From an uncultured Solirubrobacteraceae bacterium (GTDB lineage Bacteria > Actinomycetota > Thermoleophilia > Solirubrobacterales > Solirubrobacteraceae): a stretch of 64,000 nucleotides of DNA. The notes beneath the pieces were generated by a model that saw only the letters and a program-made list of their open reading frames with translations, did no database searches and had not been told where the DNA came from. The stretch lies in contig CAVYHO010000001.1 of assembly GCA_963768375.1 (NCBI GenBank), positions 20,136 through 84,135 of the forward strand, in the 5' to 3' direction. The position numbers and the translations under genes are program-made. How positions within the stretch are numbered: position 1 is the stretch's first letter; each line of letters starts with the position of its first letter. This document shows positions 10,230 through 20,068 of the stretch, one piece after another.

Positions 10230-11600
10230 GTGCTCTCGCTCGCCGACCTGCTGGCCGAGCCCACCTTGGGCCTCGAGCAGCGGGCCGGGCCGGAAGACGC
10301 CGACGAGCGCTCCGTGCTCGGTGCGGCGGTGGTCGAGGTCGAGACGCCGGCGCGCTGGATCGCGCCGGGCTGGGTGCTGCTGACCGCGGGCGTGCGGCTC
10401 GAGGGCTGTCCGGACGAGGAGTTGCGCGCGCTCGTCACCGACTGCGCTGATGCCGGGGTGGCGGCGCTCGGCTTCGGGATCGGGCCGGTGTTCGACGACC
10501 TGCCCGAGGCGCTGCTCGACGAGGCCGGCAAGCGCGCCTACCCCGTCTTCAGCATCCCGCGCGACACGCCGTTCCGCGACGTCGTGCGGCACGTCGACGC
10601 CGCGATCATGGGCGACGAGGCGCCGCTGTTCCGGCGGCTCGGCTCGCTCCAGCGCTACGTCGCCGACGGGCTGCGGGAGCCCGCGCCGGAGCGGGCGGTG
10701 GTCGAGCGGCTGGCACGGTTCATGGACGCCAGCGCCGCCGTGCTCGAACCGGATGGCAGCGTGTCGGTGGCGGTCGGCAACGCGCCGTTCGCGGCGCTGC
10801 GCCTCTCCGGACACGCCGTCGTCGAGGTCGAGGCCGACGGCTGGTGCGCCGTCGCGGCGCCGCTTGCGGCCGAGGAGGCGCATGGCTGGCTGGTGCTCGC
10901 CAGCCCGCGCGCGCACTTCGTGGGCACCTTCACCAAGCGCGCGGTCGAGGCGACCGCGCCGCTGCTCGTCGCCATGGACCAGCTCAAGGAGGTCGCTCGC
11001 GCGCAGGAACGGGGCGAGCGGGCGGCGCTGCTCGACGAGGCGCTGCAGGGCGGCGACCCCGGCTCGCTGGCGATCCGCGCCGCCGTGTTCGGGATCGACT
11101 TCACCGCCCCGGTGCGGGTCGTGATCGGCGCGCCGGACAGCATCGGCCCGCACCTGCGTTCGGGCGACATCGCGCTTGTCCAAGGCGACGTATCGGGTGG
11201 CGCGCAGGGCCGCGCGATCGAGAGCATGGCCGACGTTCCGCTGTCGCTGCGCGACGCGCAGCTCGCCGCCGCCCGCGGTGTCGCCTCCTTCGAGGACCTC
11301 GATCTGGCCACGCTGCTGCTGACCGACGCCGACCCCGAGCGCCTGCAGCCGCGCGTGGAGCGGATCGTCGCCGTGCTCGAGGAGCACCCGCCGCTGCACG
11401 AGGCCCTGGTCGCCTACTTCGCCCACGACCTCGACGTGCCCGCGGCCGCCGCCGCGCTCCACCTACATCCGAACTCGTTCCGCTACCGGCTCTCGCGGCT
11501 CGAGGAACTGCTGGGCTGCTCGCTGAAACGGCCCGCGACGATCGCCGAGCTGCACATCGCGCTTTCGGCGGATCCAAGAACGCGCGACGCTCGCTTCTGA
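10230..11600 (+). CDS. PucR/CdaR-family transcriptional regulator
   Basis: N-terminal PucR domain (LLTAG, ALGFGIGP); C-terminal AAAALHLHPNSFRYRLSRLEELLG HTH. Confidence 0.92.
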   Translation: MLSLADLLAEPTLGLEQRAGPEDADERSVLGAAVVEVETPARWIAPGWVLLTAGVRLEGCPDEELRALVTDCADAGVAALGFGIGPVFDDLPEALLDEAGKRAYPVFSIPRDTPFRDVVRHVDAAIMGDEAPLFRRLGSLQRYVADGLREPAPERAVVERLARFMDASAAVLEPDGSVSVAVGNAPFAALRLSGHAVVEVEADGWCAVAAPLAAEEAHGWLVLASPRAHFVGTFTKRAVEATAPLLVAMDQLKEVARAQERGERAALLDEALQGGDPGSLAIRAAVFGIDFTAPVRVVIGAPDSIGPHLRSGDIALVQGDVSGGAQGRAIESMADVPLSLRDAQLAAARGVASFEDLDLATLLLTDADPERLQPRVERIVAVLEEHPPLHEALVAYFAHDLDVPAAAAALHLHPNSFRYRLSRLEELLGCSLKRPATIAELHIALSADPRTRDARF

Positions 11601-11610
11601 GATCGCACTA

Positions 11611-11626
11611 TGTGCCCGAGCGCACA
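11611..11626. promoter_or_regulatory. Candidate PucR operator TGTGC-N6-GCACA
   Basis: Palindrome between the regulator and the symporter start. Confidence 0.5.
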
Positions 11627-11646
11627 CAACGGGGACCCTTCGCCGC

Positions 11647-13027
11647 ATGCTCGACACCATCGTCATCGCCATCTACTTCGCCGTCATGCTCGGCGCCGCG
11701 TACTGGGGCTTCCGGCGGGCCCGCACCGCTGACGACTACCTCGTCGCGGGGCGAAGGCTCGGTTCGCCGATGTTCATCGGCACGCTGAGCGCGGTCGTGC
11801 TCGGCGGCGCGTCGACGGTCGGCACGATCAGCCTCGGTTATGAGCACGGCATCTCCGGCGCGTGGCTCGTGATCATGATCGGCCTCGGGCTGATCGGGCT
11901 CGGCGTCCTGCTCTCGCGGCGGCTCGTGAAGGCCGGCGTCTACACCGTGCCGGAGCTGATGGCCAAGCGCTACGGCGTCTCGGCGCGGATCGTCAGCGCG
12001 GCGATCATGGCCGCCTACGCGCTGATGATCGCGGTCACGTCGACGATCGCGTCGGGCACCGTCTTCAACAGCCTGCTCGACGTGTCGACCACGGTCGCGG
12101 TCCTGATCGCGGGCGGCGTGGTCGTCCTCTACTGCGTGACCGGCGGCATGTGGTCGCTGACGATGACCGACATCATCCAGTTCGGGATCATGACCGTCGG
12201 CATCTTCGGGCTGCTGCTGCCGTTCGCGATTGCCGACGCGGGCGGCCTGAGCGGGATGCAGGACACGCTGCCGGCGAGCTACTTCGAGCCGGCGTCGATC
12301 GGCTGGAACACGATCTTCACGTACTTCCTGCTGTTCTTCTTCGGGCTGATGATCGGCCAGGACATCTGGCAGCGGATCTTCACCGGGCGCACCGAGAAGA
12401 TCGTCCGCACCGGCACGATCGTCGCCGGCCTCTACTGCATGCTCTACGGCGTCGCCGGCGCGCTGATCGGCGCCGCGGCCAAGGTCGTCGTGCCGCGGTT
12501 GGAGAGTCCCGACGAGGCGTTCGCGGCGGTCGACCGAGGCCGTGCTGCCCGTTGGCATCACCGGGCTCGTGCTGGCGGCGGCGCTGGCCGCGATCATGTC
12601 GACCGCGTCGGCGGCGCTGCTGGCCTCCTCGACGATCGTCGCCAACGACCTGCTGACGCTCGTCCGCAAGGTGTCGAACCCGATGGTCGCGACCCGCATC
12701 ACGACGCTCGTGATCGGCGTGGCCGTGGTCGGCGTGTCGCTGGTCCTCAATGACGTCGTCGGCGCCTTGACGGTCGCCTACGACCTGCTGACCGGCGCGC
12801 TGTTCGTGCCGATCGTGCTCGGGCTGCTGTGGGCGCGCGGCACCGCGCGGGCCGCGGTTTGGTCGATGGCGGTCTCCTCGGTCGTGATCATCGTGCTGCT
12901 GTTCGTGAGCGGCTTGTATTCGAACGACCCGATCATCTACGGGCTGCTGACGAGCCTCGTCGTGTACGTCGGCGTGTCGCTCGTGCCCGCCCGGCGCGAG
13001 TCGCCGGTGGCGGGGGTGACGGCATGA
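11647..13027 (+). CDS. Sodium:solute symporter, with an apparent +1 frameshift at about 12532
   Basis: DYLVAGR, GGMWSLTMTDIIQF and QDIWQRIFT in 11647..12753; LAAIMSTASAALL half in 12542..13027. Confidence 0.88.
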
Positions 13028-13974
13028 CCACCCGTACGGTCCATCACCGCCCGCCCGAGGCCTCGGCCGGCCCGCGCTTCACCGGGCCGCGCACGTTCAT
13101 GCGTCTCCCGCACGTGGTCACGACCGACGTCGACCTGGCCGTCGTGGGAGTGCCCACCGACGACGCCGTCTCCTTCCGGTCCGGCGCGCGGTTCGGGCCG
13201 GAGGCGGTGCGCAGCGCGTCGGTCCTGCTGCGGCCGTACAACCCGCACCTGGAGATCGACGTCGTCGAGACGCTCTCGATGGTCGACTACGGCGACGCGC
13301 CAACCGTGCCGGGCTACCACGAGGAGAGCCTCGTCCGCATCGAGGAGTACCTCGCGCCGCTGCACGAGGCCGGCGTGGTGCCGCTGTGCATCGGCGGCGA
13401 TCACTCGATCGTGCTGGCCGAGCTGCGGGCGGCGGCGAAGGTGCACGGGCCGCTGGCGCTCGTGCACCTCGACGCCCACGCCGACGTCTGGGAGGACTAC
13501 TACGGCGCGCGCTACTTCCACGGCACCGTGTTCAAGCGCGCGGTCGAAGAAGGGCTCGTCGACCCGGCGCGGTCCGTCCAGGCCGGCATGCGCGGCACGC
13601 TGTACGGCGCGTCCGACGTGCACGCCTCGGCGGACCTCGGCTACGACGCCCTGACCTGGACCGAGCTCGAGGCGTTCACGCCGGACGAGTACGGCGCGCG
13701 GGTGCGCGACCGGGTCGGTGACGGCCCCGCGTTCCTCTCGTTTGACATCGACTTCGTCGACCCGGCGTTCGCGCCGGGGACGGGGACGCCGGAGGTCGGC
13801 GGGCCGACCTCGAGCCAGGCGCTCGCGTACCTGCGCGCGCTGACCGGGATCGACTTCCGCGGCTACGACTGCGTCGAGGTCTCTCCGTCCTACGACCCCG
13901 CGGGCGTCACCGCGTGGCTGGCCGCGAGCGTCTGCCACGAGATGATCTCGCTGGCCGCGCTGCAACGGGCATGA
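13024..13974 (+). CDS. speB: Agmatinase/guanidinobutyrase-family ureohydrolase
   Basis: GARFGP, GGDHS, DAHAD, HGT, SFDIDFVDP, GTGTPE; ATGA coupling with the upstream gene. Exact substrate is uncertain. Confidence 0.9.
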   Translation: MTTRTVHHRPPEASAGPRFTGPRTFMRLPHVVTTDVDLAVVGVPTDDAVSFRSGARFGPEAVRSASVLLRPYNPHLEIDVVETLSMVDYGDAPTVPGYHEESLVRIEEYLAPLHEAGVVPLCIGGDHSIVLAELRAAAKVHGPLALVHLDAHADVWEDYYGARYFHGTVFKRAVEEGLVDPARSVQAGMRGTLYGASDVHASADLGYDALTWTELEAFTPDEYGARVRDRVGDGPAFLSFDIDFVDPAFAPGTGTPEVGGPTSSQALAYLRALTGIDFRGYDCVEVSPSYDPAGVTAWLAASVCHEMISLAALQRA

Positions 13975-15494
13975 CCGGCGGCGAGGCGGTCGTCCGCGCG
14001 CTCGCGGAGCACGGCGTCGAACTGGTCTTCGGCATCCCCGGCACGCACACGCTCGAGCTGCACCGGCACCTGACGGTGAACGGCATCCGGCACATCACGC
14101 CGCGGCACGAGGCCGGCGGCGGCTACGCGGCCGACGGATACGCTCGCGTCACCGGGCGCCCCGGCGTTGTCCTGTGCACGTCCGGTCCGGGCGTAATTAA
14201 CGCGGCCACGGCCGCGGCGACCGCCTACGCCGACTCCGTCCCGGTCCTGATCCTCTCGCCCTCGATGCCGACCGGCGTCGAGGGCCGCGACACCGGCTTC
14301 CTGCACGAGGGCAAGAACCAGGGCGCGGCGATGGACGCGCTCGTCTCATGGTCGCGCACGGCGACCGACCCCGACGACGCAGTCGAGGCGATCCACGCCG
14401 CGTTCGCGCACTTCGAGTCGGGCCGCCCGCGCCCCGTCCACGTCCAGATCCCGATCGATGTGCTCTCCGCCAATCTAAAGGGGCCTGGCCCCATTAAGTT
14501 TGACCGAAACGGTTCCGCGCCTGACGTGGGCGCCGCCGCGCAGTTGCTCGCCGAGGCGAAGCGGCCGGTGGTGGTCGCCGGCGGCGGCGCGCGCGGGGCG
14601 GATCTGGCCGCGCTCGGAATCCCGGTGATCACGACCGTGAACGGCAAGGGTGTGCTCGACGAAAAGCATCCGCTGTCGCTCGGGGCGTCGATCCGGCTGC
14701 GGGCCGCGCAGCGCTACTTGGCGGATGCCGACGTGGTGCTGGCGATCGGGACCGAGCTCGGCGAGTCCGACCTGTGGGGCGACGTGCCGGCGCTGCGGAA
14801 CGTGATCCGCGTCGACATCGACCCGGCGCAGCGCGACAAGAACGTGCCCGCGGACGTGGCGATCACCGGCGACGCGCGCGCGGTGGTCGCGGCGCTCGTG
14901 ACCGACCGCGAGCCGGCGCAGCTCAACGGCGTGCGCGAGGCCATCCGCGAGGAGGCGCTCAGGGACGGCGCGCCGTGGCTGCCGCTGATGGGTGCGCTGG
15001 ACGAGGCGCTGGGCACCGACGGCATCCTGGCCGGCGACAGCACCCAGGCCGCGTACTACGGCGCCGTGCACTTCCTGCCCATGGACGCGCAGCGGCGCTT
15101 CATCTATCCGACCGGCTACGCGACGCTCGGCTACGCGCTCCCGGCCGCGATCGGCGCCAAGCTGGCTGCTCCCGACCGGCCCGTGATCGCCCTGATCGGC
15201 GACGGCGGGCTGCTGTTCACGGTGGCCGAGCTCGCCACGGCGTCCGAGTTGCGGATCCCGCTCCCCGTGGTCGTGCCGAACAACAACGGCTACGGCGAGA
15301 TCCGCGACCAGATGGTCGACGCCGGGATCACACCGGTCGGCGTCGACCTCCACACGCCCGATCTCCCGAAGCTCGGCGAGGCGTTCGGCGGCGCCGGCGT
15401 TCGGGTCGAGCACGCCGGTGCGCTCGGCCCGGTGCTGCGGGAGGCGCTCGAGCGTCCGGGCCCGACGGTTATCGAGGTGCCCGCTCCTGGGTAG
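13971..15494 (+). CDS. ThDP-dependent enzyme, 5-guanidino-2-oxopentanoate decarboxylase (AruI)-like
   Basis: FGIPGTHTLE, RHEAGGGYAADGYAR, TGYATLGYALPAAIGA, GDGG...NNNGYGEIR. Confidence 0.85.
   Translation: MTGGEAVVRALAEHGVELVFGIPGTHTLELHRHLTVNGIRHITPRHEAGGGYAADGYARVTGRPGVVLCTSGPGVINAATAAATAYADSVPVLILSPSMPTGVEGRDTGFLHEGKNQGAAMDALVSWSRTATDPDDAVEAIHAAFAHFESGRPRPVHVQIPIDVLSANLKGPGPIKFDRNGSAPDVGAAAQLLAEAKRPVVVAGGGARGADLAALGIPVITTVNGKGVLDEKHPLSLGASIRLRAAQRYLADADVVLAIGTELGESDLWGDVPALRNVIRVDIDPAQRDKNVPADVAITGDARAVVAALVTDREPAQLNGVREAIREEALRDGAPWLPLMGALDEALGTDGILAGDSTQAAYYGAVHFLPMDAQRRFIYPTGYATLGYALPAAIGAKLAAPDRPVIALIGDGGLLFTVAELATASELRIPLPVVVPNNNGYGEIRDQMVDAGITPVGVDLHTPDLPKLGEAFGGAGVRVEHAGALGPVLREALERPGPTVIEVPAPG
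14472..14500. repeat. Imperfect copy of the TAAAGGGGCCWGGCCCC palindrome, in frame inside the CDS
   Basis: AATCTAAAGGGGCCTGGCCCCATTAAGTT; matches 31695..31721. Confidence 0.7.
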
Positions 15495-15503
15495 CGCCAG
15501 GAC

Positions 15504-16346
15504 ATGACTCGTCCCCTGATCGACGCCGTCGAGAATGCCGAAGCGCTTGACGCGATCGGCAAGGCGGCCGGCAAGCAGGTCCGGTCGGTGATCAAGCAGC
15601 CGGCCAAGGACCTGCTGAGCGGAACCTGGCTCGGCCACGCACTGCACCCGATGCTGACGGATGTGGTGATCGGCACGTTCCTCTCAACGACGCTGCTCGA
15701 CGTCGTCGGCGGCGACGAGGACGGGGAGGCGGGCGCGAAGCTGATCGGCATCGGGATGGCCGCCTACCTTCCGACGGCGCTGAGCGGCGTCAACGACTGG
15801 GCCGACACCGAACCCGTCGACGACGGTATCCGCCGCGCCGGGCTGGTGCACGCCTGGTCGAACGCCACGGCGCTGGCCCTCTACGCGCTCTCGCGCAAGG
15901 CGCGCCGGGGCGGCAACCGCGGCCGGGCCCGCGTACTCAGCCTCGCCGGCGCCACCGCGCTCGGTGCCGCCGGGTACCTCGGCGGCCATCTCACGTTCGC
16001 GAAAGGCGTCGGTCCCGACCAGACCGTGTTCGATCCCGGCCCGGACGAGTGGACAGAGGCCGGCGAGGTGCCGCACGGCCGCTCGACCCGCGTCGTCGTC
16101 GACGACACGCCGGTGTTGCTCGTCCGCGCGGACGGGGCGCTCTACGCCCTGCACGACCGCTGCTCGCACCGCGGCTGCTCACTGGCGGACGGCGAGCTGG
16201 ACGGGCTCGAGGTCGTGTGCGCGTGCCACGGCTCGCGCTTCGACCTGCGCGACGGCTCGGTCAAGCAGGGCCCGGCGACCGCGCCGCAACCCGCGTTCGA
16301 GACCCGCGAGCGCGACGGGAGGATCGAAATTCGCCGTACCGGCTGA
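15504..16346 (+). CDS. Membrane (DUF2231-like) domain plus Rieske [2Fe-2S] protein
   Basis: WLGHALHPMLTD, GLVHA, GGHL; CSHRGC and CACHGSRF. Confidence 0.88.
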   Translation: MTRPLIDAVENAEALDAIGKAAGKQVRSVIKQPAKDLLSGTWLGHALHPMLTDVVIGTFLSTTLLDVVGGDEDGEAGAKLIGIGMAAYLPTALSGVNDWADTEPVDDGIRRAGLVHAWSNATALALYALSRKARRGGNRGRARVLSLAGATALGAAGYLGGHLTFAKGVGPDQTVFDPGPDEWTEAGEVPHGRSTRVVVDDTPVLLVRADGALYALHDRCSHRGCSLADGELDGLEVVCACHGSRFDLRDGSVKQGPATAPQPAFETRERDGRIEIRRTG

Positions 16347-16369
16347 CCCGGAGTGGGAGACTGCCATGG

Positions 16370-17515
16370 ATGGCGGTCAAGGGTGTCGAGGACACTCAGA
16401 CGGTCGAGCACCAGGCAGCGCTCCTGCGCGTAGCCCTGCTCGTGGCGCGCGATGCCCCGCAGGAGGAGCTCTTCCGGGCGGCGGCGGAGGAGACCGCGCG
16501 GCTGTTCGGGGCAGAATCGGGCTCGGTCGTGCGGTACGTCGGCGCCGAACGCGCGATCATCGTCGGCGTGTGGCGCCCGCGCGGTCGCCGCGGCCTGCCG
16601 GTCAACGCGGAGGTCGACTTCGAGCCCGGCACCACCGCGATGGGCCAGGCACGGGCGACCCGCGAGCCCGTGCGGATGGCCGGCTACGACACCCGCCGTG
16701 GCCATCTCCCCGCGCTGATGCGCACGATCGGCCTGAAGGCCGGGGTCGCCGCGCCCGTGCTTCGGCGCGGCGATGTGTGGGGCGCGCTGGTCGCCGGCGC
16801 CGCCGAGGAGGAGACGCTGCCGCCCGGCAGTGAGAAGCGGCTGTCCGGACTCGCCGAGCTGGTCGGCCAGGCGCTCGACAACGACGACGGCCGCGCCGCG
16901 CTGGCCGCGTCCCGGACGCGGCTCGTGCAGGCCGGCGACGAGGCGCGCCGGCGGCTCGAGCGTTCACTCCACGAGGGCGCCCACCAACATGTCGTCGCGC
17001 TCGCGCTCAAGCTCCGGGTCGCGCTCGGCCGCGCCGAGCCCGACAGCGAGATGGCCGGGGTCCTGCGCGAGCTGCTGGCCGACGCGATGGAGACGAGCGC
17101 CGAGCTCAGCGACCTCGCGCGCGGGCTGCATCCGGCGGTGCTGACCGAGCGCGGTCTCGCGGCGGCGCTGCAGGCGCTCACCGCCCGCTGCTCGGTCCCG
17201 GTCAGCATGGACGAGCTGCCCGGCCGCCGCTACGCCAACTTCGTGGAGACGACCGCGTACCTGATGGCCGCCGAGGCGCTCAGCAACGTCGCGGCCCACT
17301 CGCATGCGACCGAGTGCTCGCTGGTCGCCGCCGACCGCGGCGACCGGCTGGATCTCGAGATCCGCGACAACGGGATCGGCGGCGCGGCGCCGCGCTCTGG
17401 CGGCGGGCTCGAATGCCTGGCCGATCGCGCGGACGCGATCGGCGCGCGGTTCACGCTCGTGTCGGGCCGCGGCGGCGGTACCACCGTGCGCGTCGAGATC
17501 CCCGTCGAGCGCTGA
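16370..17515 (+). CDS. GAF-domain sensor histidine kinase (HisKA_3 type)
   Basis: RRRLERSLHEGAHQH, GLHPAVL, EALSNVAAHS, DNGIGGA, GGTTVRVEIP. Confidence 0.88.
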   Translation: MAVKGVEDTQTVEHQAALLRVALLVARDAPQEELFRAAAEETARLFGAESGSVVRYVGAERAIIVGVWRPRGRRGLPVNAEVDFEPGTTAMGQARATREPVRMAGYDTRRGHLPALMRTIGLKAGVAAPVLRRGDVWGALVAGAAEEETLPPGSEKRLSGLAELVGQALDNDDGRAALAASRTRLVQAGDEARRRLERSLHEGAHQHVVALALKLRVALGRAEPDSEMAGVLRELLADAMETSAELSDLARGLHPAVLTERGLAAALQALTARCSVPVSMDELPGRRYANFVETTAYLMAAEALSNVAAHSHATECSLVAADRGDRLDLEIRDNGIGGAAPRSGGGLECLADRADAIGARFTLVSGRGGGTTVRVEIPVER

Positions 17516-17529
17516 CTATCCTGGCCGCG

Positions 17530-17841
17530 ATGCGGACCCTTCTCGCTTCGCTCGTCCTGGCGCTTGTCGTCGCCCCCACCGCGGAAGCGCGGACCTACTG
17601 CGGCAAGGTCACGATGCGCTATAGCTACGGCAGCTACGACTTCAAGACCTATCGGATCGAGGGCCGGCTCACGTGTAAGTCCGTCCGGCGCGTCCTTCGC
17701 CAGAGCATCCCGCTCGACAAGCAGGCGCGCGGGTGGGAGTGCATCAAGCGCGGCGCCCCGCGCCCGTACGACGTCGTATGTGGCGGACCGAAGGGCGCCG
17801 AGGACTTCTCCCGCCGTGTCGGTGCGATCCTGGCCGAGTGA
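17530..17841 (+). CDS. Small secreted 4-Cys hypothetical protein
   Basis: Signal peptide MRTLLASLVLALVVAPTAEA; TATCCT-N7-ATG; coupled to the next gene. Confidence 0.7.
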   Translation: MRTLLASLVLALVVAPTAEARTYCGKVTMRYSYGSYDFKTYRIEGRLTCKSVRRVLRQSIPLDKQARGWECIKRGAPRPYDVVCGGPKGAEDFSRRVGAILAE

Positions 17842-18260
17842 GCGACTGGCGCTACTCGTTCCGTGACCGGATCCGCTACGCCGATCTGGACACCAACGCG
17901 CACCTGAACAACGTCGCCGTCCACCAGTTCTTCGAGAGCGCGCGAGTGGCCTACATGGGCGGCATGTTCCCGGCGGCCAACGCGATCGGCCGCGAGGGCC
18001 GCTTCGGGATGATCTTCGCCGAGACCCACGTGCGGTTCGCGTCGCCGGGCTTCTACGAGGAGGACGTGCGCGTCGACGTGCGCCCGACCGAGCTGCGGCG
18101 CTCGAGCGTCAAGCTCGCGTTCCAGATGGTCTGCGAGGCCGACGAGCGGCTGATGGCCGAGGGCTGGGGCACCCTCGTCGGCTATGACTACGAGCAGGGG
18201 CGCGCCGCGCCGTTCCCGGACGAGGTTGTCGAGAAGCTGCGGGAAGAGGGTGCCGGATGA
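17838..18260 (+). CDS. Acyl-CoA thioesterase (4HBT/hotdog fold)
   Basis: IRYADLDTNAHLNNVAVHQFFESAR. Confidence 0.88.
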   Translation: MSDWRYSFRDRIRYADLDTNAHLNNVAVHQFFESARVAYMGGMFPAANAIGREGRFGMIFAETHVRFASPGFYEEDVRVDVRPTELRRSSVKLAFQMVCEADERLMAEGWGTLVGYDYEQGRAAPFPDEVVEKLREEGAG

Positions 18261-18730
18261 CTGACGTCGAGGTCGAGCGCAAGTTCCTGCTCCCGGCGCC
18301 GCCCAAGGGGCTGACCGACCACCCGTCGAAGCGGCTCGAGCAGGGCTATCTGGCGATCGATCCGGTGGGATCCGAGGTCCGGATCCGGCGCAAGGACGAC
18401 GAGACGCTGATGACGGTCAAGACCGGCATCGGGATGATCCGCGGCGAGGAGGAGTTCGCGATCGACCCTGAGCGCTTCGAACGGCTGTGGTCACTGACGG
18501 AGGGCCGTCAAGTCGTCAAGCGCCGCTACTTCGTGCCGCTCCAGGACGGGCTGACCGCGGAGGTCGATGTCTACGACGGCGAGCTCGACGGGCTCGTGAC
18601 CGGCGAGGTCGAGTTCCCCGACGCGGACACCGCGCGCGCGTTCGAGGCGCCCGAATGGCTCGGGCGCGACGTCACGGAGGACCCGCGCTACGCCAACCAG
18701 AAGCTCGCGGTCGACGGCATCCCTACCTGA
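18257..18730 (+). CDS. CYTH-domain protein
   Basis: EVERKFL, QGYL, VRIR, KRRY, EVEF, DVTEDPRYAN. Confidence 0.92.
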   Translation: MTDVEVERKFLLPAPPKGLTDHPSKRLEQGYLAIDPVGSEVRIRRKDDETLMTVKTGIGMIRGEEEFAIDPERFERLWSLTEGRQVVKRRYFVPLQDGLTAEVDVYDGELDGLVTGEVEFPDADTARAFEAPEWLGRDVTEDPRYANQKLAVDGIPT

Positions 18731-19469
18731 CCTGCTCCGTCGGCCGCACGAGCACCTCGTTGATCGCCACGTGCCGGGGACGCGTCACCACGTAGGCGAT
18801 CGCGTCGGCGATGTCCGGTGCCTGGAGCGGCTCGTCGGCGCGGCCGGACAGCAGCTGCTCGCGGATCTCCGGGCGCAGGTGATGCGTGAGCTCGGTGTCG
18901 ACCGCGCCGGGCTCCACCAGCGACACGCGCACGTGGCGCTGGGTGACCTCCTGGCGCAGCGACTCGCTGAACGCGCCGACGCCGTGCTTGGTCAGCTGGT
19001 ACACGCCGCCGCCGACACCCACCCGGCGACCCGCGACGGAGCTGATGTTGACGAGGTCGGCGACGCGCCGCGGGTCCGACTCCGCCGCGCGCAGCAGGTG
19101 CGGCAGTGCCGCGTGCGCGACGTAGAGCAGGCCTTGGACGTTCAGCGCGACCATCCGGTCCCACTCTTCGACCGGCGCGTCGACGATCGGCCCGAGCAGC
19201 ATCACGCCCGCGTTGTTGATCAGGATGTCGAGCCGGCCGAGCTCGGACGCCGTCCGCTCGACGGCGCCGGTCGCCTGCTCGCGATCGGTGACGTCGGCCT
19301 CGACTGCGAGCCCGCCGATGTCGCCGGCGAGCGCGTCCAGCCGGTCCTTGCGCCGCGCGGCGACCGCGACCTGTGCGCCGTGCGCGGCCAGCGCCCGCGC
19401 CGCCGCCTCGCCGATCCCGCTGCTCGCGCCGGTGACCAGCGCAACCGTCCCTGCCAATGCCTGAGCCAT
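18723..19469 (-). CDS. SDR-family oxidoreductase
   Basis: TGASSGIG, NNAG, SS, YQLTK. Confidence 0.93.
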   Translation of the reverse strand: MAQALAGTVALVTGASSGIGEAAARALAAHGAQVAVAARRKDRLDALAGDIGGLAVEADVTDREQATGAVERTASELGRLDILINNAGVMLLGPIVDAPVEEWDRMVALNVQGLLYVAHAALPHLLRAAESDPRRVADLVNISSVAGRRVGVGGGVYQLTKHGVGAFSESLRQEVTQRHVRVSLVEPGAVDTELTHHLRPEIREQLLSGRADEPLQAPDIADAIAYVVTRPRHVAINEVLVRPTEQVR

Positions 19470-19483
19470 GGAGAATGTTCTAC

Positions 19484-20068
19484 TTGGCCGCCGTCAACAT
19501 CGCCGCCAAGGTCGCGCTGATCGGCTTGCTCGTGTTCGGCGCGCTGCGTCCGGACCTGCCGCAGTTCGAGGGCAAGGCGATGGAGGCACGGCTGTTCACG
19601 TTCGGGCTCTCCGCGATCATCCTGCCGGCGGTCTGGCTGATCGTCCGCCCGAAGCGGCCGTACCCGCACGCGATCGACCTGTGCATCGTGCTGCCGTTCC
19701 TGATCGACACGGCCGCGAACGCGCTCGACCTCTACGACTCGATCGTCTGGTGGGACGACCTCATGCACTTCCTCACGTGGATCCCGTGGGTCGTCGCGTT
19801 CGGGCTGCTGCTGATCACCTACGCCCCTCCGGTCCCGCTGTGGGCGGTGTTCGGGCTCGTGCTCGGGTTCGGAGCGGTGACGCACATCCTGTGGGAACTG
19901 GCGGAGTACGTCACCTTCATCCGCGGCGGGCCGGAGGAGGACACGGCCTACACCGACACGCTCGGCGACCTGACGCTGAGCCTGAGCGGGTCGGTGGTCG
20001 GCGCGCTGATCGTCAGCGCAGTCGCAGCTTCGCGCTCACGCGCTGAGGCGAGCCGCCAGTCGGCGTGA
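19484..20068 (+). CDS. Integral membrane protein
   Basis: Several TM segments; WWDDLMHF, LWELAEY, YTDTLGDL. Start could be 19475 (ATG) or 19484 (TTG). Confidence 0.75.
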   Translation: MAAVNIAAKVALIGLLVFGALRPDLPQFEGKAMEARLFTFGLSAIILPAVWLIVRPKRPYPHAIDLCIVLPFLIDTAANALDLYDSIVWWDDLMHFLTWIPWVVAFGLLLITYAPPVPLWAVFGLVLGFGAVTHILWELAEYVTFIRGGPEEDTAYTDTLGDLTLSLSGSVVGALIVSAVAASRSRAEASRQSA

